A DNA stretch of 64,000 bases from a virus (lineage: Duplodnaviria > Caudoviricetes), in IMG/VR virus record IMGVR_UViG_3300008259_002461; one strand, given 5' to 3'. Both the position numbers and the translations under genes were made by a program. The notes beneath the pieces are model-generated. The model saw only the letters and a list, made by a program, of their open reading frames with translations, did not search any database and was not told where the DNA came from. Below, piece by piece: positions 1 to 10,763 of this stretch (position 1 is the stretch's first letter; each line of letters opens with the position of its first letter).

Positions 1-3000
1 GTTACACTTGAAGTAGTTAATTTACCTAATTATTCAGATGGTGGGTTTGTAGATATTTCACCGCTTGGTATAACTACTTTTAATACAAATAAAACACATA
101 CTATTGTCGACGTATGGAGCGGCTATATTAATTTCAATCTAGATGAGACTGATACATTTGGTAATCCGTTTGAACCGCGTGTTGGACAGTTTGTTAGAGA
201 TAGAAATACTGGCGCAACTGGTCTAATAACGTTTTATCAACGTAACGGTTTAAGTGCTACGATCTTTGTTAAAAACGTTGTAGGAACTTGGTCAAGAGGT
301 AGAAATTTTGGTAATGTTTCTAGCATTGAATTTATAGGAGAACCAACTGATCCAAGTCCAGTGTATTCAGTTACTAGAAGAATGGGCGAAATTCGCTCAG
401 TATCTTTAGGTAATGCATCATTAGGAATTGGCGGTTTAGTAGTATTTAGATTAGCTGCACCTATTGTAACAGTGCCTGTTCAGGCAGTAATAACTGGTGC
501 AGAATATATTATCTATAGAGACGATCCTATACTAGGTATTGCAACACAGCCTAATATACCGTCACAGGCAAATTTTGATTGGAGACCTATTTACAATGTA
601 TCTGTAAATGCCGATGGGTTTGTAGTTAATACTGATAATCTTGGCATGTTTACAGTTTATGCTAAAGAAGCTTCAACAACTTATAGTTTAGTAGGATCGT
701 TTATTGTTCCAGAAATTCAAGATAATCTAAGATTAGGCTCAAAAGTTTTAATTAGAAAAAATAATAACTTATACAAATTATTTGTAGGTTGTCGTGGCTC
801 AGGAACATCTAACAATCCTGGAAGAATTTATTTTGTAAATTACGGACTTACTGCCGACGGAACTTTCTATAACTGGGAACTTGCTAAAAATAAAAAATAC
901 AGGGGTGAGTTTGGTCCAGAAAAAGAATATTTTATAAATGATATTGTTTTCTTAGATGGAATATTTTATCAAGCACAAACTAATATTGCCCCAGGACTTC
1001 AGTTTAATATTTTAGATTGGGAAAGAGTTGCCTTTGACGGATTACAATATACTGGCATTGATTATGTAGGTTATATTCCTAACGATACAAATTTTGTTCC
1101 AGGTAATGATAGTTCGTTAAATCTTGATCAAGAAGGGTTACTTGAGTTTGGAACTATTTTTGATGCAGACGAAAAAGGTGAAGTTGTTGTTGTTACAGCA
1201 ATTTACAACAATACTAAACCTAACAGGGTTGTTATATACAGAGCAATTAATGGTAATTATATAAAAGCACAAGAGTTATTAGCTACTAATACTACATCTA
1301 ATTTTGGAGAAGCAGTTAGTATTAGTCGAGATGGTACATTGATTGCAGTAGGAGCATCACTAGACTCAGCAGATATAGATAGTCAAGGAGCAGTTTATGT
1401 ATACCGACAAGTTGCCGGTGAATTTGTACTAGATCTTAATAATAACACTGGACAAAAATTAACTAGTGCAAATGCGAAAAGAAAAGAATTATTTGGAGCA
1501 TCATTAGATTTTGACGGTGATACCCTTTATGTTTCTGCTCACAACTCATATTCAGATGAAATCACAACTTTTGATAATCATGCAAAACCAATATTCAATT
1601 ATTTGTTAGGGTATGACAATGATCAAGATCCAATATATTCACAATTTGTGCTTGATCAAGAGTCGTTGTTAAATGAAAAACGTACAACGTTTGATAATAA
1701 TTTTACAAACTTTAAAAATAAGATTTTAGGTAACGGTGTTGTTTACGTTTATGATAGAATAGAAAATAGTTTAGTCTATGGTCAAACTTTAGATTTTAAT
1801 GATACTGAAGCAAGATCGTTTGGACAGACCATTGTTGCCAAGCAGAATCACTTATACACAGCATTAACTGATTTTACTAATACTGGGGGTAAAAAAGGTG
1901 CAGTGTTTGATTTTCGTAGACCTGAAAACAAACGTGTTTGGGAAACATATCGTGTTCCTAAGAAAATCCCCAACCTTGACAAGATCAAGCGAGTATTAAT
2001 TTACGATAATTTAAAAAATGAAATCATAACTAACCTTGATTATATTGATCCTGTACAGGGAAAAATTGCTGGAATAGCAGATCAAGAAATTAGATACAAA
2101 ACAGTATTTGATCCTGCTACATACAATATAGGATTAAATGGTGCAACAGTAAACAAAACAAGCACTTGGGGAGCAGAGCAAACAGGTCAACTTTGGTGGG
2201 ACTTGTCAATTACTAAGTTTATAAATCCTTATCAATCTAATGTAATTTATTCTACAAGTAATTGGAATAGATTATTTGTAGGTTCGTCAATAAAGGTATA
2301 TGAGTGGGTAGAAACAGAGCTAACTCCTGTAGAATGGGACGAAATAGCAGAGTCGCCTGATGGACTTTCGTTAGGAATAACAGGCAAATCCAAATACGGC
2401 AACAACGCTTATGTTTCTAAAAGAGTCTACGATCCTATAGCAGAACGTTTTACCCCTCTAAACTATTTCTGGGTCGAAGGCAAAACTACAGTCCCAGATA
2501 TAGAATCAAGATCAATAAGTGCAAAAACAGTAGCTGATTTTATAGCCGACCCTGCAAGTATAGGACATAAATTTATATCGTTTATTAGCGAAGATACATT
2601 TGCATTATGGAATTGCGGATCGCTAATCAAAGATACTGATTGTATTTTAAATGTTCAGTACTGGACATCTAGTGATAAAAATTCTAATATACATAATCAG
2701 TATCGAATTCTCACAGAAGGTCTTGGATCTAGTAAGCCTAGTACTGATACGGAGCGTAAATGGTTTGATAGCTTAATAGGGTACGACGAACAATCGCGAG
2801 CTGTACCTAATCCTAATTTGTCTCCTAGAGAACGATATGGTATTTTAAATAAGCCACGACAAAGCTGGTTTGTTAATAGAACTGAAGCACTAAAACAGTT
2901 TATTGAAAGAACTAATTCTGTTCTTCGTAATAATCTTATTGTAGAATCTAGAGATATTAGCGAGTTATTCCAGAGTGATTTACCACCAACTAACACATCC

Positions 3001-6000
3001 AGACTTTATGATACAGTAGTAGACACTGAAATAGATCTACAATTTGTTGGAGTTGCCCGGGCTGAACGTGCAGTATTAACTCCAATTGTAGAAGATGGCA
3101 AGATTGTTCGAGTTGATATAAAAGAACGCGGTCGAGGTTATAAAGTTGTTCCTACTTTTGAAATTTTAGGTACCGGTAGCGGAGCAAATATAGAACTAAC
3201 TATTAATAATCTAGGACAAGTGGTATCTGCTATTGTTTTAGATGCTGGTAATAATTACAAATCTGACACACAAATAATTGTAAGACGATTTAATGTGTTA
3301 GTCAGCAATGACTCAAGTATACGTGGAAAATGGGCAATTTATGAAAGAATTAATGAAACCCGTTCATGGAATAGGATTATAAGTCAATCTTACGACACTA
3401 CTGCGTACTGGGAATATTTAGATTGGTACGCTGACGGTTATAACAGCTTTACTGAAATCGATTTTGTAATTGATCAAAGTTTTTCATTACAAACGCTAGA
3501 CGATGACCTAGGTGATATTATAAAAATATTAACAGTAGGCACAGGCGGTTGGTTATTACTTGAAAAAATTGATGTTCAAGATACAGTTGACTATACAGTA
3601 AATTATAAAACAATAGGAAAACAAAATGGTACTATTCAATTTAAATCTGATCTTTACAATTTACAGAATAGTCAAGTAGGTTTTGATAGTCAAAGCTATG
3701 ACACTAAGTTCTTTGATAGTCAGCCTATTGAAGAAGTTAGAATTATTCTTAACACAATTAGAAATAAGATTTTTACAGATAATCTAGAAGTTGAATATAA
3801 TAAATTATTTTTTGCAAGTTTAAGATATGTATTTTCTGAACAAGGATATGTTGATTGGGCTTTCAAAACTAGTTTTGTTAAGGCTAGACATAATGTTGGC
3901 GACCTAAAAGAAAAACTAACATTCCAAAATGATAACCTTGCAAGTTATGAAGATTATCTGCAAGAAGTAAAACCGTACAAAACAAAATTACGAGAATATT
4001 TAAGCACGTATGATAAATTAGAAAATTCTTCTAGCGTAATAACTGATTTTGATCTTCCACCAGCGTACGATCCTATCAGAAAAGTAATATCTCCAGTATC
4101 AGTTAAAGTTATTAACGGCTTGTTAGTAGGCGATTCTGTTAGCTCTTATCCTAACAAATATTGGCTTGAAAATGTAGCATATCAAATAGTTGCTGTTAAA
4201 GTAAGTGACCCGGGAGAAGGGTATATAACTGCACCCGTTATCAGTATAGAAAGCGAGTCAGGAGAAGGAGCAATAGCAGTAGCATCTTTAGGACCAAATG
4301 GAACTATTGCAAGTGTTACTGTTACAAATCCAGGCAGTGGTTATTTAACAATTCCTCGAGTAACAATTAATGGTGCTACTCGCGATGGAGGCCGTTCGGC
4401 AGTTCTTGCAGCAGAAATAGGCAATAGCTTGGTTAGAAACATACATTCTGTTGTAAAATTTGATAGAGTTTCAGGATCATTTTTAATAACACAATTAAAT
4501 CAAAGTGAAAGATTCGTAGGAACTGGTTCTAAAACACAGTTTAATTTAAAATATCCAATGGATATGAGAACTAATACTATTGAAATTACCATTAACGGAG
4601 TAGTAGTGTTAGGTAGTCAATACACATATGAAAATGTCCTTGATAGAGATAATGGATATGATAGATATAGTGGCCGAATTAGTTTTGTTTTACCGCCAGA
4701 AAATTTAAGAGAAATTATAGTTAACTACAAAAAGTCTATTAGATTATTATCAGCAGCTGATAGAATTAATTTGTTTTATGATCCTAAAACTGGTCAAATA
4801 GGAAAAGACATTTCTCAATTAATGGAAGGTATTGACTATGGCGGAGTAGAAGTTAGAAGCTACGGGTTTGTTGGCCCTGAAGGTTGGGATTCAGATCGTT
4901 GGTATGAAAATGCATGGGATCTATTTGATGAAAATTTTGACGAAGAAAGTTTCGAAACTGACGGCTCAACTTTAACATTCCAATTAAGCAAACCACTAGC
5001 TAAAGATGTAGAATACAACGTTTATATTAATGATGTAAGAGTTGACGATAATAACTATGATGGTACTACATCAACAGATAATTTAGTAAACAAGCAAGCA
5101 TTTATGGCTCCTGTAGTCGGCGACGGCATAACAGATACATTTACGTTTGAGAATGAAATAGGTTATCGAACTTACTTAGAACAAAATTCTGCTTCAGGTC
5201 AAAATAATCCACCTATAGAAATAGTAACAATTCGTAGAAGCACTAGTGACGGTTCTAGGGAACTTAATGCAGAAAGTTTTGATACAGCATTAATAGGCGG
5301 CGACTTAGCATATACAACAGCTAAAGGTATTAAGGCTGAAGAAATTACAGTTGATGGTGACGGCTTTGTAACTCCTACAACATCAAAAGGTCCAGAAGAA
5401 ATTATTCCTGGACAAATTATGGATACCTTAGATATTACAGTTTACGAACGTCCAGTTGGTGGTTCAAGCATTATGTATAGTTCTAATCATCGAGGCGATG
5501 GTGTGACAAAAGAATTTTTTATGCAAGGATTGCCTTTCTCGTTTAGTTCTATGTTAGTTAAAGTAGACTATGAAATTTTGACACAGCAATCTGATTTTAG
5601 AATCGATTGGGACAAAAAGAGTGTTGTATTTTATCAAGCACCTACTGCCGGTTCTGAGATACATTTATTAGCTATGGGACTATCTGGTGATAATATACTG
5701 GACTATGATGAGTTTACAGCCAACGGTTCTGTGGCTGAATTCTTAACAAATGTAAGATGGACAGATAACATTAACGGATATGTAACTGTAAACGGTGAAG
5801 TAAAACCTTTTGAATTATTTGAATCAGATGACAGTTACGCTGTAGCTAATAACGTTGTAATTAAATTTGTACAGCCACCGTTAGCTGGAACTAAAATACA
5901 GTTTGCACTGTTTGAAAGTTCAGCAATTACGTTTAGTCAAGTAACAGTAGACGATTTTATTGCCGACGGCAGTTCAACGTCATATCAAATTAGTCAAGCA

Positions 6001-8052
6001 CCGTTTAATCAAGAACCAGTACAATTTTATACCCTTGTAACTGTAAACGACAAAGTTCTAAATGCTGGTTACGTTCAACGATTTGATGTCACTACCTCTA
6101 GACAGTATCAATTGAAAAAATGGCAAGTGCCTGTAGGTTCAATAACAGGTGATAAGATTGATGTTTACTTAAACAATAGAAAACTAAGTCTTTTACAAGA
6201 GTGGACTTATGAAGGTGCAGGATCTTTTAATCCTGCTATTAGTCCTGATGCACAAGAGGGTAGTACAGTTATTTTAAATAGCGGTGTTGGAGTTCCAGGC
6301 GACACATTGCGTGTGCATTTAATAGCTGACGGCGAGTATAGATTTGGGTATTTTGAAATAGGTGAAGATTCAAGTGACACGTTTGTAGGAACGCCTGATA
6401 CAATTTATTTTGATGATACTTACCCTGCAGGCACTAAAATTCGTGTATATCAATTTAGTAATCACGACAGTCAAGGCATCGAAAGACAAAAATTTGATGT
6501 AATTGAACGTACACAAATGAGTGAAGCGTCAGACGGTTATCATGAATACAGAACACTTAAAAATGGACTAATTCAGTTACGTGAGCAAGCAGTAGATGTA
6601 GCATATATATGGGTATCTGTAAATGGTACCTTATTAACTCCTACAGCTGATTACATCTTATTAGAAAATAAACGTTACATTAAGATGATTACACCACTTA
6701 ATGATAATGATGTAGTTGATATTATACATTTTAGTAATCCGCCTGTATCAAACAAATACGGTTGGAGAATATTTAAGGATATGCTAAACAGATATCACTA
6801 TAAGAGATTAGGTAATGATGCTCGATATACATTAGCAGAACCTTTACAATATTATGATAAAATAATTACTCTTGACAATGCTGAAGGTCTACCAACTCCT
6901 GCGGTACGTAGTCGTATACCTGGTGTAATTTTTATTAACGGAGAACGTATTGAATATTTCCGCAGAGAGGGAAATGTATTAAAACAACTACGCAGAGGTA
7001 CGTTAGGTACTGGAGTTAAAACAGTTCATAGTCTAGGAGACAGGGTTTATGATCAAAGCATAGATTCTAATATTCCTTATAAGGATGAAGTAGTAACATT
7101 TGAAGCGTTCTCAGGCAACTATAAGGATATGAGTGTTGACTACAACAATATAGGTGCAATAAGTGTAAACAGTATAACATATACAGCTAATAATAACACG
7201 GCATTTCCTTTAGGATACGAAGAACTTGATAATTTAGGTCTAGGTCTCCGTCAAAAGTGTGTTATAAAAGGTAGCGGATTTAGACCAGTTGTAAAAGTTA
7301 TTATGCAAGGAACACTTGCAGATGAAAATACTCAAACAAATGTTGAACTAATAACAGAATATATTAACGATACAGAAATTCGTTTCCGATTGCCTGCAAT
7401 GTCAGTAGGAGCATACGATCTAGTAATTGTAAATCCAACTGAAACAGATCCTTTCTTAATTCCTGCTACAAGTTTAGTGGTACCAAAAGCAATTAAATAT
7501 GTACAATTATTATTGCCATTTGCTCCGTTACCTAACCCAAGAACAGAAACTGGTTGGTATAAAGAACTTAGAGAAATAAATGTTTCAAGTATTATACCTG
7601 GCAGATACTATACAGTTAGCAAAATAGGCAATACAAGATGGAGTAATGTAGGCGGCGCAAGCGTAGTAGGATACGACTTTAGAGCAACAGCGACCGGTAC
7701 AGGAACAGGCACAGTTTACGACTATAGCAGTATACCATATGAATATTGGGAAGGCATGGACATTGATATATTCATTAGTGGTCGTAGACTACGTAAGAAT
7801 CCATTAACAATATGGGATTCTACAGTAGGACAAGATAGTCCAACGGGCGATATTACATTAGAAGCAGAATACGCTGTTAATAGAGTATTAGGTACTTATG
7901 TGCGATTTACTACTCCGCCTGCACCAGGAACTAAAATCGTTGTACAGAAACGTACAGGATTATTATGGAATGAACCAGGGGTCTCATTGAGACAAAGTTC
8001 TACAGAAATAGCCACTTTCTTACGCGAGAAAACTATTGATTTACCGCGATAA
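1..8052 (+). CDS. Giant virion structural protein (baseplate wedge/tail-associated), 5'-truncated
   Basis: Frame 1 reads open from base 1 (VTLEVVNLPNYSDGG...) into the tracked ORF at 361, stop TAA 8050-8052. Contains FG-GAP-like repeats (NFGEAVSISRDGTLIAVGA..GAVYVY), GxGYxxxP repeats, GDGxTxxF repeats and a C-terminal IPT/TIG-like segment; precedes tail-fibre genes. Confidence 0.75.
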   Translation, partial: VTLEVVNLPNYSDGGFVDISPLGITTFNTNKTHTIVDVWSGYINFNLDETDTFGNPFEPRVGQFVRDRNTGATGLITFYQRNGLSATIFVKNVVGTWSRGRNFGNVSSIEFIGEPTDPSPVYSVTRRMGEIRSVSLGNASLGIGGLVVFRLAAPIVTVPVQAVITGAEYIIYRDDPILGIATQPNIPSQANFDWRPIYNVSVNADGFVVNTDNLGMFTVYAKEASTTYSLVGSFIVPEIQDNLRLGSKVLIRKNNNLYKLFVGCRGSGTSNNPGRIYFVNYGLTADGTFYNWELAKNKKYRGEFGPEKEYFINDIVFLDGIFYQAQTNIAPGLQFNILDWERVAFDGLQYTGIDYVGYIPNDTNFVPGNDSSLNLDQEGLLEFGTIFDADEKGEVVVVTAIYNNTKPNRVVIYRAINGNYIKAQELLATNTTSNFGEAVSISRDGTLIAVGASLDSADIDSQGAVYVYRQVAGEFVLDLNNNTGQKLTSANAKRKELFGASLDFDGDTLYVSAHNSYSDEITTFDNHAKPIFNYLLGYDNDQDPIYSQFVLDQESLLNEKRTTFDNNFTNFKNKILGNGVVYVYDRIENSLVYGQTLDFNDTEARSFGQTIVAKQNHLYTALTDFTNTGGKKGAVFDFRRPENKRVWETYRVPKKIPNLDKIKRVLIYDNLKNEIITNLDYIDPVQGKIAGIADQEIRYKTVFDPATYNIGLNGATVNKTSTWGAEQTGQLWWDLSITKFINPYQSNVIYSTSNWNRLFVGSSIKVYEWVETELTPVEWDEIAESPDGLSLGITGKSKYGNNAYVSKRVYDPIAERFTPLNYFWVEGKTTVPDIESRSISAKTVADFIADPASIGHKFISFISEDTFALWNCGSLIKDTDCILNVQYWTSSDKNSNIHNQYRILTEGLGSSKPSTDTERKWFDSLIGYDEQSRAVPNPNLSPRERYGILNKPRQSWFVNRTEALKQFIERTNSVLRNNLIVESRDISELFQSDLPPTNTSRLYDTVVDTEIDLQFVGVARAERAVLTPIVEDGKIVRVDIKERGRGYKVVPTFEILGTGSGANIELTINNLGQVVSAIVLDAGNNYKSDTQIIVRRFNVLVSNDSSIRGKWAIYERINETRSWNRIISQSYDTTAYWEYLDWYADGYNSFTEIDFVIDQSFSLQTLDDDLGDIIKILTVGTGGWLLLEKIDVQDTVDYTVNYKTIGKQNGTIQFKSDLYNLQNSQVGFDSQSYDTKFFDSQPIEEVRIILNTIRNKIFTDNLEVEYNKLFFASLRYVFSEQGYVDWAFKTSFVKARHNVGDLKEKLTFQNDNLASYEDYLQEVKPYKTKLREYLSTYDKLENSSSVITDFDLPPAYDPIRKVISPVSVKVINGLLVGDSVSSYPNKYWLENVAYQIVAVKVSDPGEGYITAPVISIESESGEGAIAVASLGPNGTIASVTVTNPGSGYLTIPRVTINGATRDGGRSAVLAAEIGNSLVRNIHSVVKFDRVSGSFLITQLNQSERFVGTGSKTQFNLKYPMDMRTNTIEITINGVVVLGSQYTYENVLDRDNGYDRYSGRISFVLPPENLREIIVNYKKSIRLLSAADRINLFYDPKTGQIGKDISQLMEGIDYGGVEVRSYGFVGPEGWDSDRWYENAWDLFDENFDEESFETDGSTLTFQLSKPLAKDVEYNVYINDVRVDDNNYDGTTSTDNLVNKQAFMAPVVGDGITDTFTFENEIGYRTYLEQNSASGQNNPPIEIVTIRRSTSDGSRELNAESFDTALIGGDLAYTTAKGIKAEEITVDGDGFVTPTTSKGPEEIIPGQIMDTLDITVYERPVGGSSIMYSSNHRGDGVTKEFFMQGLPFSFSSMLVKVDYEILTQQSDFRIDWDKKSVVFYQAPTAGSEIHLLAMGLSGDNILDYDEFTANGSVAEFLTNVRWTDNINGYVTVNGEVKPFELFESDDSYAVANNVVIKFVQPPLAGTKIQFALFESSAITFSQVTVDDFIADGSSTSYQISQAPFNQEPVQFYTLVTVNDKVLNAGYVQRFDVTTSRQYQLKKWQVPVGSITGDKIDVYLNNRKLSLLQEWTYEGAGSFNPAISPDAQEGSTVILNSGVGVPGDTLRVHLIADGEYRFGYFEIGEDSSDTFVGTPDTIYFDDTYPAGTKIRVYQFSNHDSQGIERQKFDVIERTQMSEASDGYHEYRTLKNGLIQLREQAVDVAYIWVSVNGTLLTPTADYILLENKRYIKMITPLNDNDVVDIIHFSNPPVSNKYGWRIFKDMLNRYHYKRLGNDARYTLAEPLQYYDKIITLDNAEGLPTPAVRSRIPGVIFINGERIEYFRREGNVLKQLRRGTLGTGVKTVHSLGDRVYDQSIDSNIPYKDEVVTFEAFSGNYKDMSVDYNNIGAISVNSITYTANNNTAFPLGYEELDNLGLGLRQKCVIKGSGFRPVVKVIMQGTLADENTQTNVELITEYINDTEIRFRLPAMSVGAYDLVIVNPTETDPFLIPATSLVVPKAIKYVQLLLPFAPLPNPRTETGWYKELREINVSSIIPGRYYTVSKIGNTRWSNVGGASVVGYDFRATATGTGTGTVYDYSSIPYEYWEGMDIDIFISGRRLRKNPLTIWDSTVGQDSPTGDITLEAEYAVNRVLGTYVRFTTPPAPGTKIVVQKRTGLLWNEPGVSLRQSSTEIATFLREKTIDLPR

Positions 8053-8055
8053 ATA
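8048..8055 (+). promoter_or_regulatory. T4-late-like promoter motif GATAAATA
   Basis: Overlaps the stop of the giant ORF, upstream of AGGA SD and ATG 8074; 7/8 match to T4 late TATAAATA. Confidence 0.5.
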
Positions 8056-8073
8056 CATGTACAGGACATAAAC

Positions 8074-8688
8074 ATGACAGATAACTTTAAAGAAAATAAC
8101 GGAATTTTACTCCAAGGTCACATAAAAATTCACGATCCGATTAGTGGAGAAGTACTCATCAATAAGCGTAATGCTATACATTACGAAAATATGAGTATTT
8201 CTTTAGCAGAAAGTTTAGCAAATGCTGGACAGGGTTGGATTTATGAAATGAGTTTTGGCAATGGAGGTACTAGTATAGACCCAACAGGGATTATTACGTA
8301 TCTAACACCTAACTCAACCGGTGCTAATGCAAGTTTATATAACCAAACATTTACTAAAGTTGTTGATGACAGAAGTGTAAACAATATTGATCCTGTAAGA
8401 AATAAGATTGAAACTCGTCATGTAAGCGGAACAAATTATACAGATATTCTAGTTACTTGTTTATTAGATTATGGCGAGCCAAACGGACAAGAAGCGTTTG
8501 ATACAGCAACAGATGTTAAGAGTTTATATGTTTTTGACGAACTTGGTCTTAAAGCATTTAATCCTACAGGTTCAGGACGACTATTAACACATGTAATTTT
8601 TCACCCTATACAAAAAAGTTTAAACAGACTAATTCAAATTGATTATACAGTCCGTGTTCAGAGCTTAACTGGTTTTAACGAGGTATAA
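8074..8688 (+). CDS. Phage tail/baseplate structural protein (tail-collar fibre-like)
   Basis: 204 aa, AGGA SD, VFDELGL motif reminiscent of tail-collar fibre/baseplate proteins; sits between the giant structural gene and the fibre genes. Confidence 0.5.
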   Translation: MTDNFKENNGILLQGHIKIHDPISGEVLINKRNAIHYENMSISLAESLANAGQGWIYEMSFGNGGTSIDPTGIITYLTPNSTGANASLYNQTFTKVVDDRSVNNIDPVRNKIETRHVSGTNYTDILVTCLLDYGEPNGQEAFDTATDVKSLYVFDELGLKAFNPTGSGRLLTHVIFHPIQKSLNRLIQIDYTVRVQSLTGFNEV

Positions 8689-8690
8689 TC

Positions 8691-10763
8691 ATGAGCTATA
8701 CAATTTCATATACAGACGTTGCTAATAAAGGTACTATTGTAGTTGAAGACGGTACTGTTAATACAGAAACTAGTATAGGTATCCCTGGAAGAAATACAAC
8801 TGCTTATGGTGCAGTTATTGCAGAAAGTTTTTTACATCTTTTAGAAAATTTTGCAAATTCAACAGAACCTAACAATCCTTCGGAAGGGCAGTTATGGTAT
8901 GATAATACCTTAGGAACCGAAACATTAAAAGTATATGACGGAACTAATTGGGTACCTGCATCAGGTATTATTAAACAGATCAATACTCCAGCAATTGCAC
9001 AGATTGGTGATTTATGGGTTGATACAGACAATCAACAATTATATCTATTTACAGGCGGTGGTTGGATTTTAGTAGGTCCTAGTTTTTCACAAGGTCTTTC
9101 AACAGGAGCAACTCCTGCACAGATTTTAGGTTCTGATAACGTATCCTATAATGTATTACAGATTGAAGTTGGATCTGAAATTATAGCAATCATTTCTAAT
9201 AATATACCGTTTAGTCCAAAAGCAACTGTTGCAGGATTTGCAACTATTAATCCTGGTGTAAATTTAATTAATAAAGATACTGATAATGACGGTCAAAGCA
9301 ATTTTAAATTTTACGGTACTGCGGAAAAAGCTGAAAATTTAATTGTAGCAAACGAAAGTATATCAGCAGCAAACTTTTTAAGAGGCGATAGCACCAGTAC
9401 TACAAGTTTTCCTTTAAACGTACAAAATAATCAAGGTTTAAGTGTTGGTATTAATGCAGAATTAACTGTAGGTGTTGAAGGTAACGCCGGCATTATACAA
9501 CAAAATATTGGTGGCGCAAACATTGACATTCGTGTAAGAAATAACGATGTTACTCGAACGTTGATGCGATTAGATAGTGCGTTACGTGTTGGTATTAATA
9601 ACGAAGCGCCAGAAAAAGAATTAGATGTTACTGGTGATATTCAAAATAGTGGATCGTTATTAGTTAATGGCACTACAGAATCAACAGTGTTTAACAACGG
9701 TGCTGTAATAATTAAAGGTGGTACTGGTATTGCTAAAAATTTAAATGTTGGTGGCAACAGTAGAATATCTGGAACATTAACATCAGCGCAAATATCCCCA
9801 GACGATAATAACATAAGAGATATTGGATCACCGGCATTTAAATATAGAAATATTTATGCTTCAACATTTACAGGAAATTTAGTAGGTAACGTTAGTGGTA
9901 CAATTACTGGACGTTCTACATCTTCAGACAGATTAACTTCTAGAACAACGTTTGCTATTAGAGGAGACGTTGAATCAGTTGTTGATGTAGTGTTTGACGG
10001 GCAGTTCCAAGACCCAACATTTAATAACGGTACAGGAGTACCGGCTGGCGAGTTGCCGTTACGTAAAGTTTTAAGAACAGAAATATCAAATACATTCATT
10101 GCCGATAAAACTGCAATAACAGAGTCAGACAGCAAAGATGAATTAATTATTAACTCTGTATCAGGGGATATTGGTTTAAAGAAAATAACTAGAGAAAATC
10201 TTTTAAAGTCGGTTCCTGTCAATCCACCAGGCGTACTAGTGCCGTACGCAGGAGATGCAGCACCGGTTGGTTGGTTATTGTGCGATGGCAAAGAGTATGA
10301 ACAAGAATCATTTAAAGAATTATTTGCAGTAATTGGATTTAAATTTGGTAGTAGAAGTTCAGTTACTCCAGGCTTTTTTAAAATCCCAGATCTTAGAGGT
10401 AGATTACCTTTAGGCGCTGATAATATGGGCGGCGCAAGTGCTAATATTATTGTTGCTGAATCTGCAGATAACATTGGTACGTTTGATGGAACAGAAACTA
10501 AACCAATTACACTTGCAAACCTACCAGAACATAAGCATGATTTACGAGACAGCACACGTCAGCAATTTTATGCTATCGCAGACGTATTAGGCACACCTAC
10601 TGACGATAATGTTCAGATATATGATGCTCCTACTGGCACAGGGTTAGGTCAGGCTCTTTCAAACAGCGGCGGCGTTATTTCTAGTGTAGGGTTAGGAGAA
10701 CCGTTCAATGTTATGCCTCCAACTATAACACTAAATTATATCATTTATACAGGAAGAGCATAA
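8691..10763 (+). CDS. Tail fibre protein with C-terminal phage tail-collar domain
   Basis: Collar motif PPGVLVPYAGDAAPVGWLLCDG...LFAVIG...FKIPDLRGR; N-terminal LLENFA..P..P..GQLWYD domain shared with the next two genes; GAGG SD. Confidence 0.8.
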   Translation: MSYTISYTDVANKGTIVVEDGTVNTETSIGIPGRNTTAYGAVIAESFLHLLENFANSTEPNNPSEGQLWYDNTLGTETLKVYDGTNWVPASGIIKQINTPAIAQIGDLWVDTDNQQLYLFTGGGWILVGPSFSQGLSTGATPAQILGSDNVSYNVLQIEVGSEIIAIISNNIPFSPKATVAGFATINPGVNLINKDTDNDGQSNFKFYGTAEKAENLIVANESISAANFLRGDSTSTTSFPLNVQNNQGLSVGINAELTVGVEGNAGIIQQNIGGANIDIRVRNNDVTRTLMRLDSALRVGINNEAPEKELDVTGDIQNSGSLLVNGTTESTVFNNGAVIIKGGTGIAKNLNVGGNSRISGTLTSAQISPDDNNIRDIGSPAFKYRNIYASTFTGNLVGNVSGTITGRSTSSDRLTSRTTFAIRGDVESVVDVVFDGQFQDPTFNNGTGVPAGELPLRKVLRTEISNTFIADKTAITESDSKDELIINSVSGDIGLKKITRENLLKSVPVNPPGVLVPYAGDAAPVGWLLCDGKEYEQESFKELFAVIGFKFGSRSSVTPGFFKIPDLRGRLPLGADNMGGASANIIVAESADNIGTFDGTETKPITLANLPEHKHDLRDSTRQQFYAIADVLGTPTDDNVQIYDAPTGTGLGQALSNSGGVISSVGLGEPFNVMPPTITLNYIIYTGRA

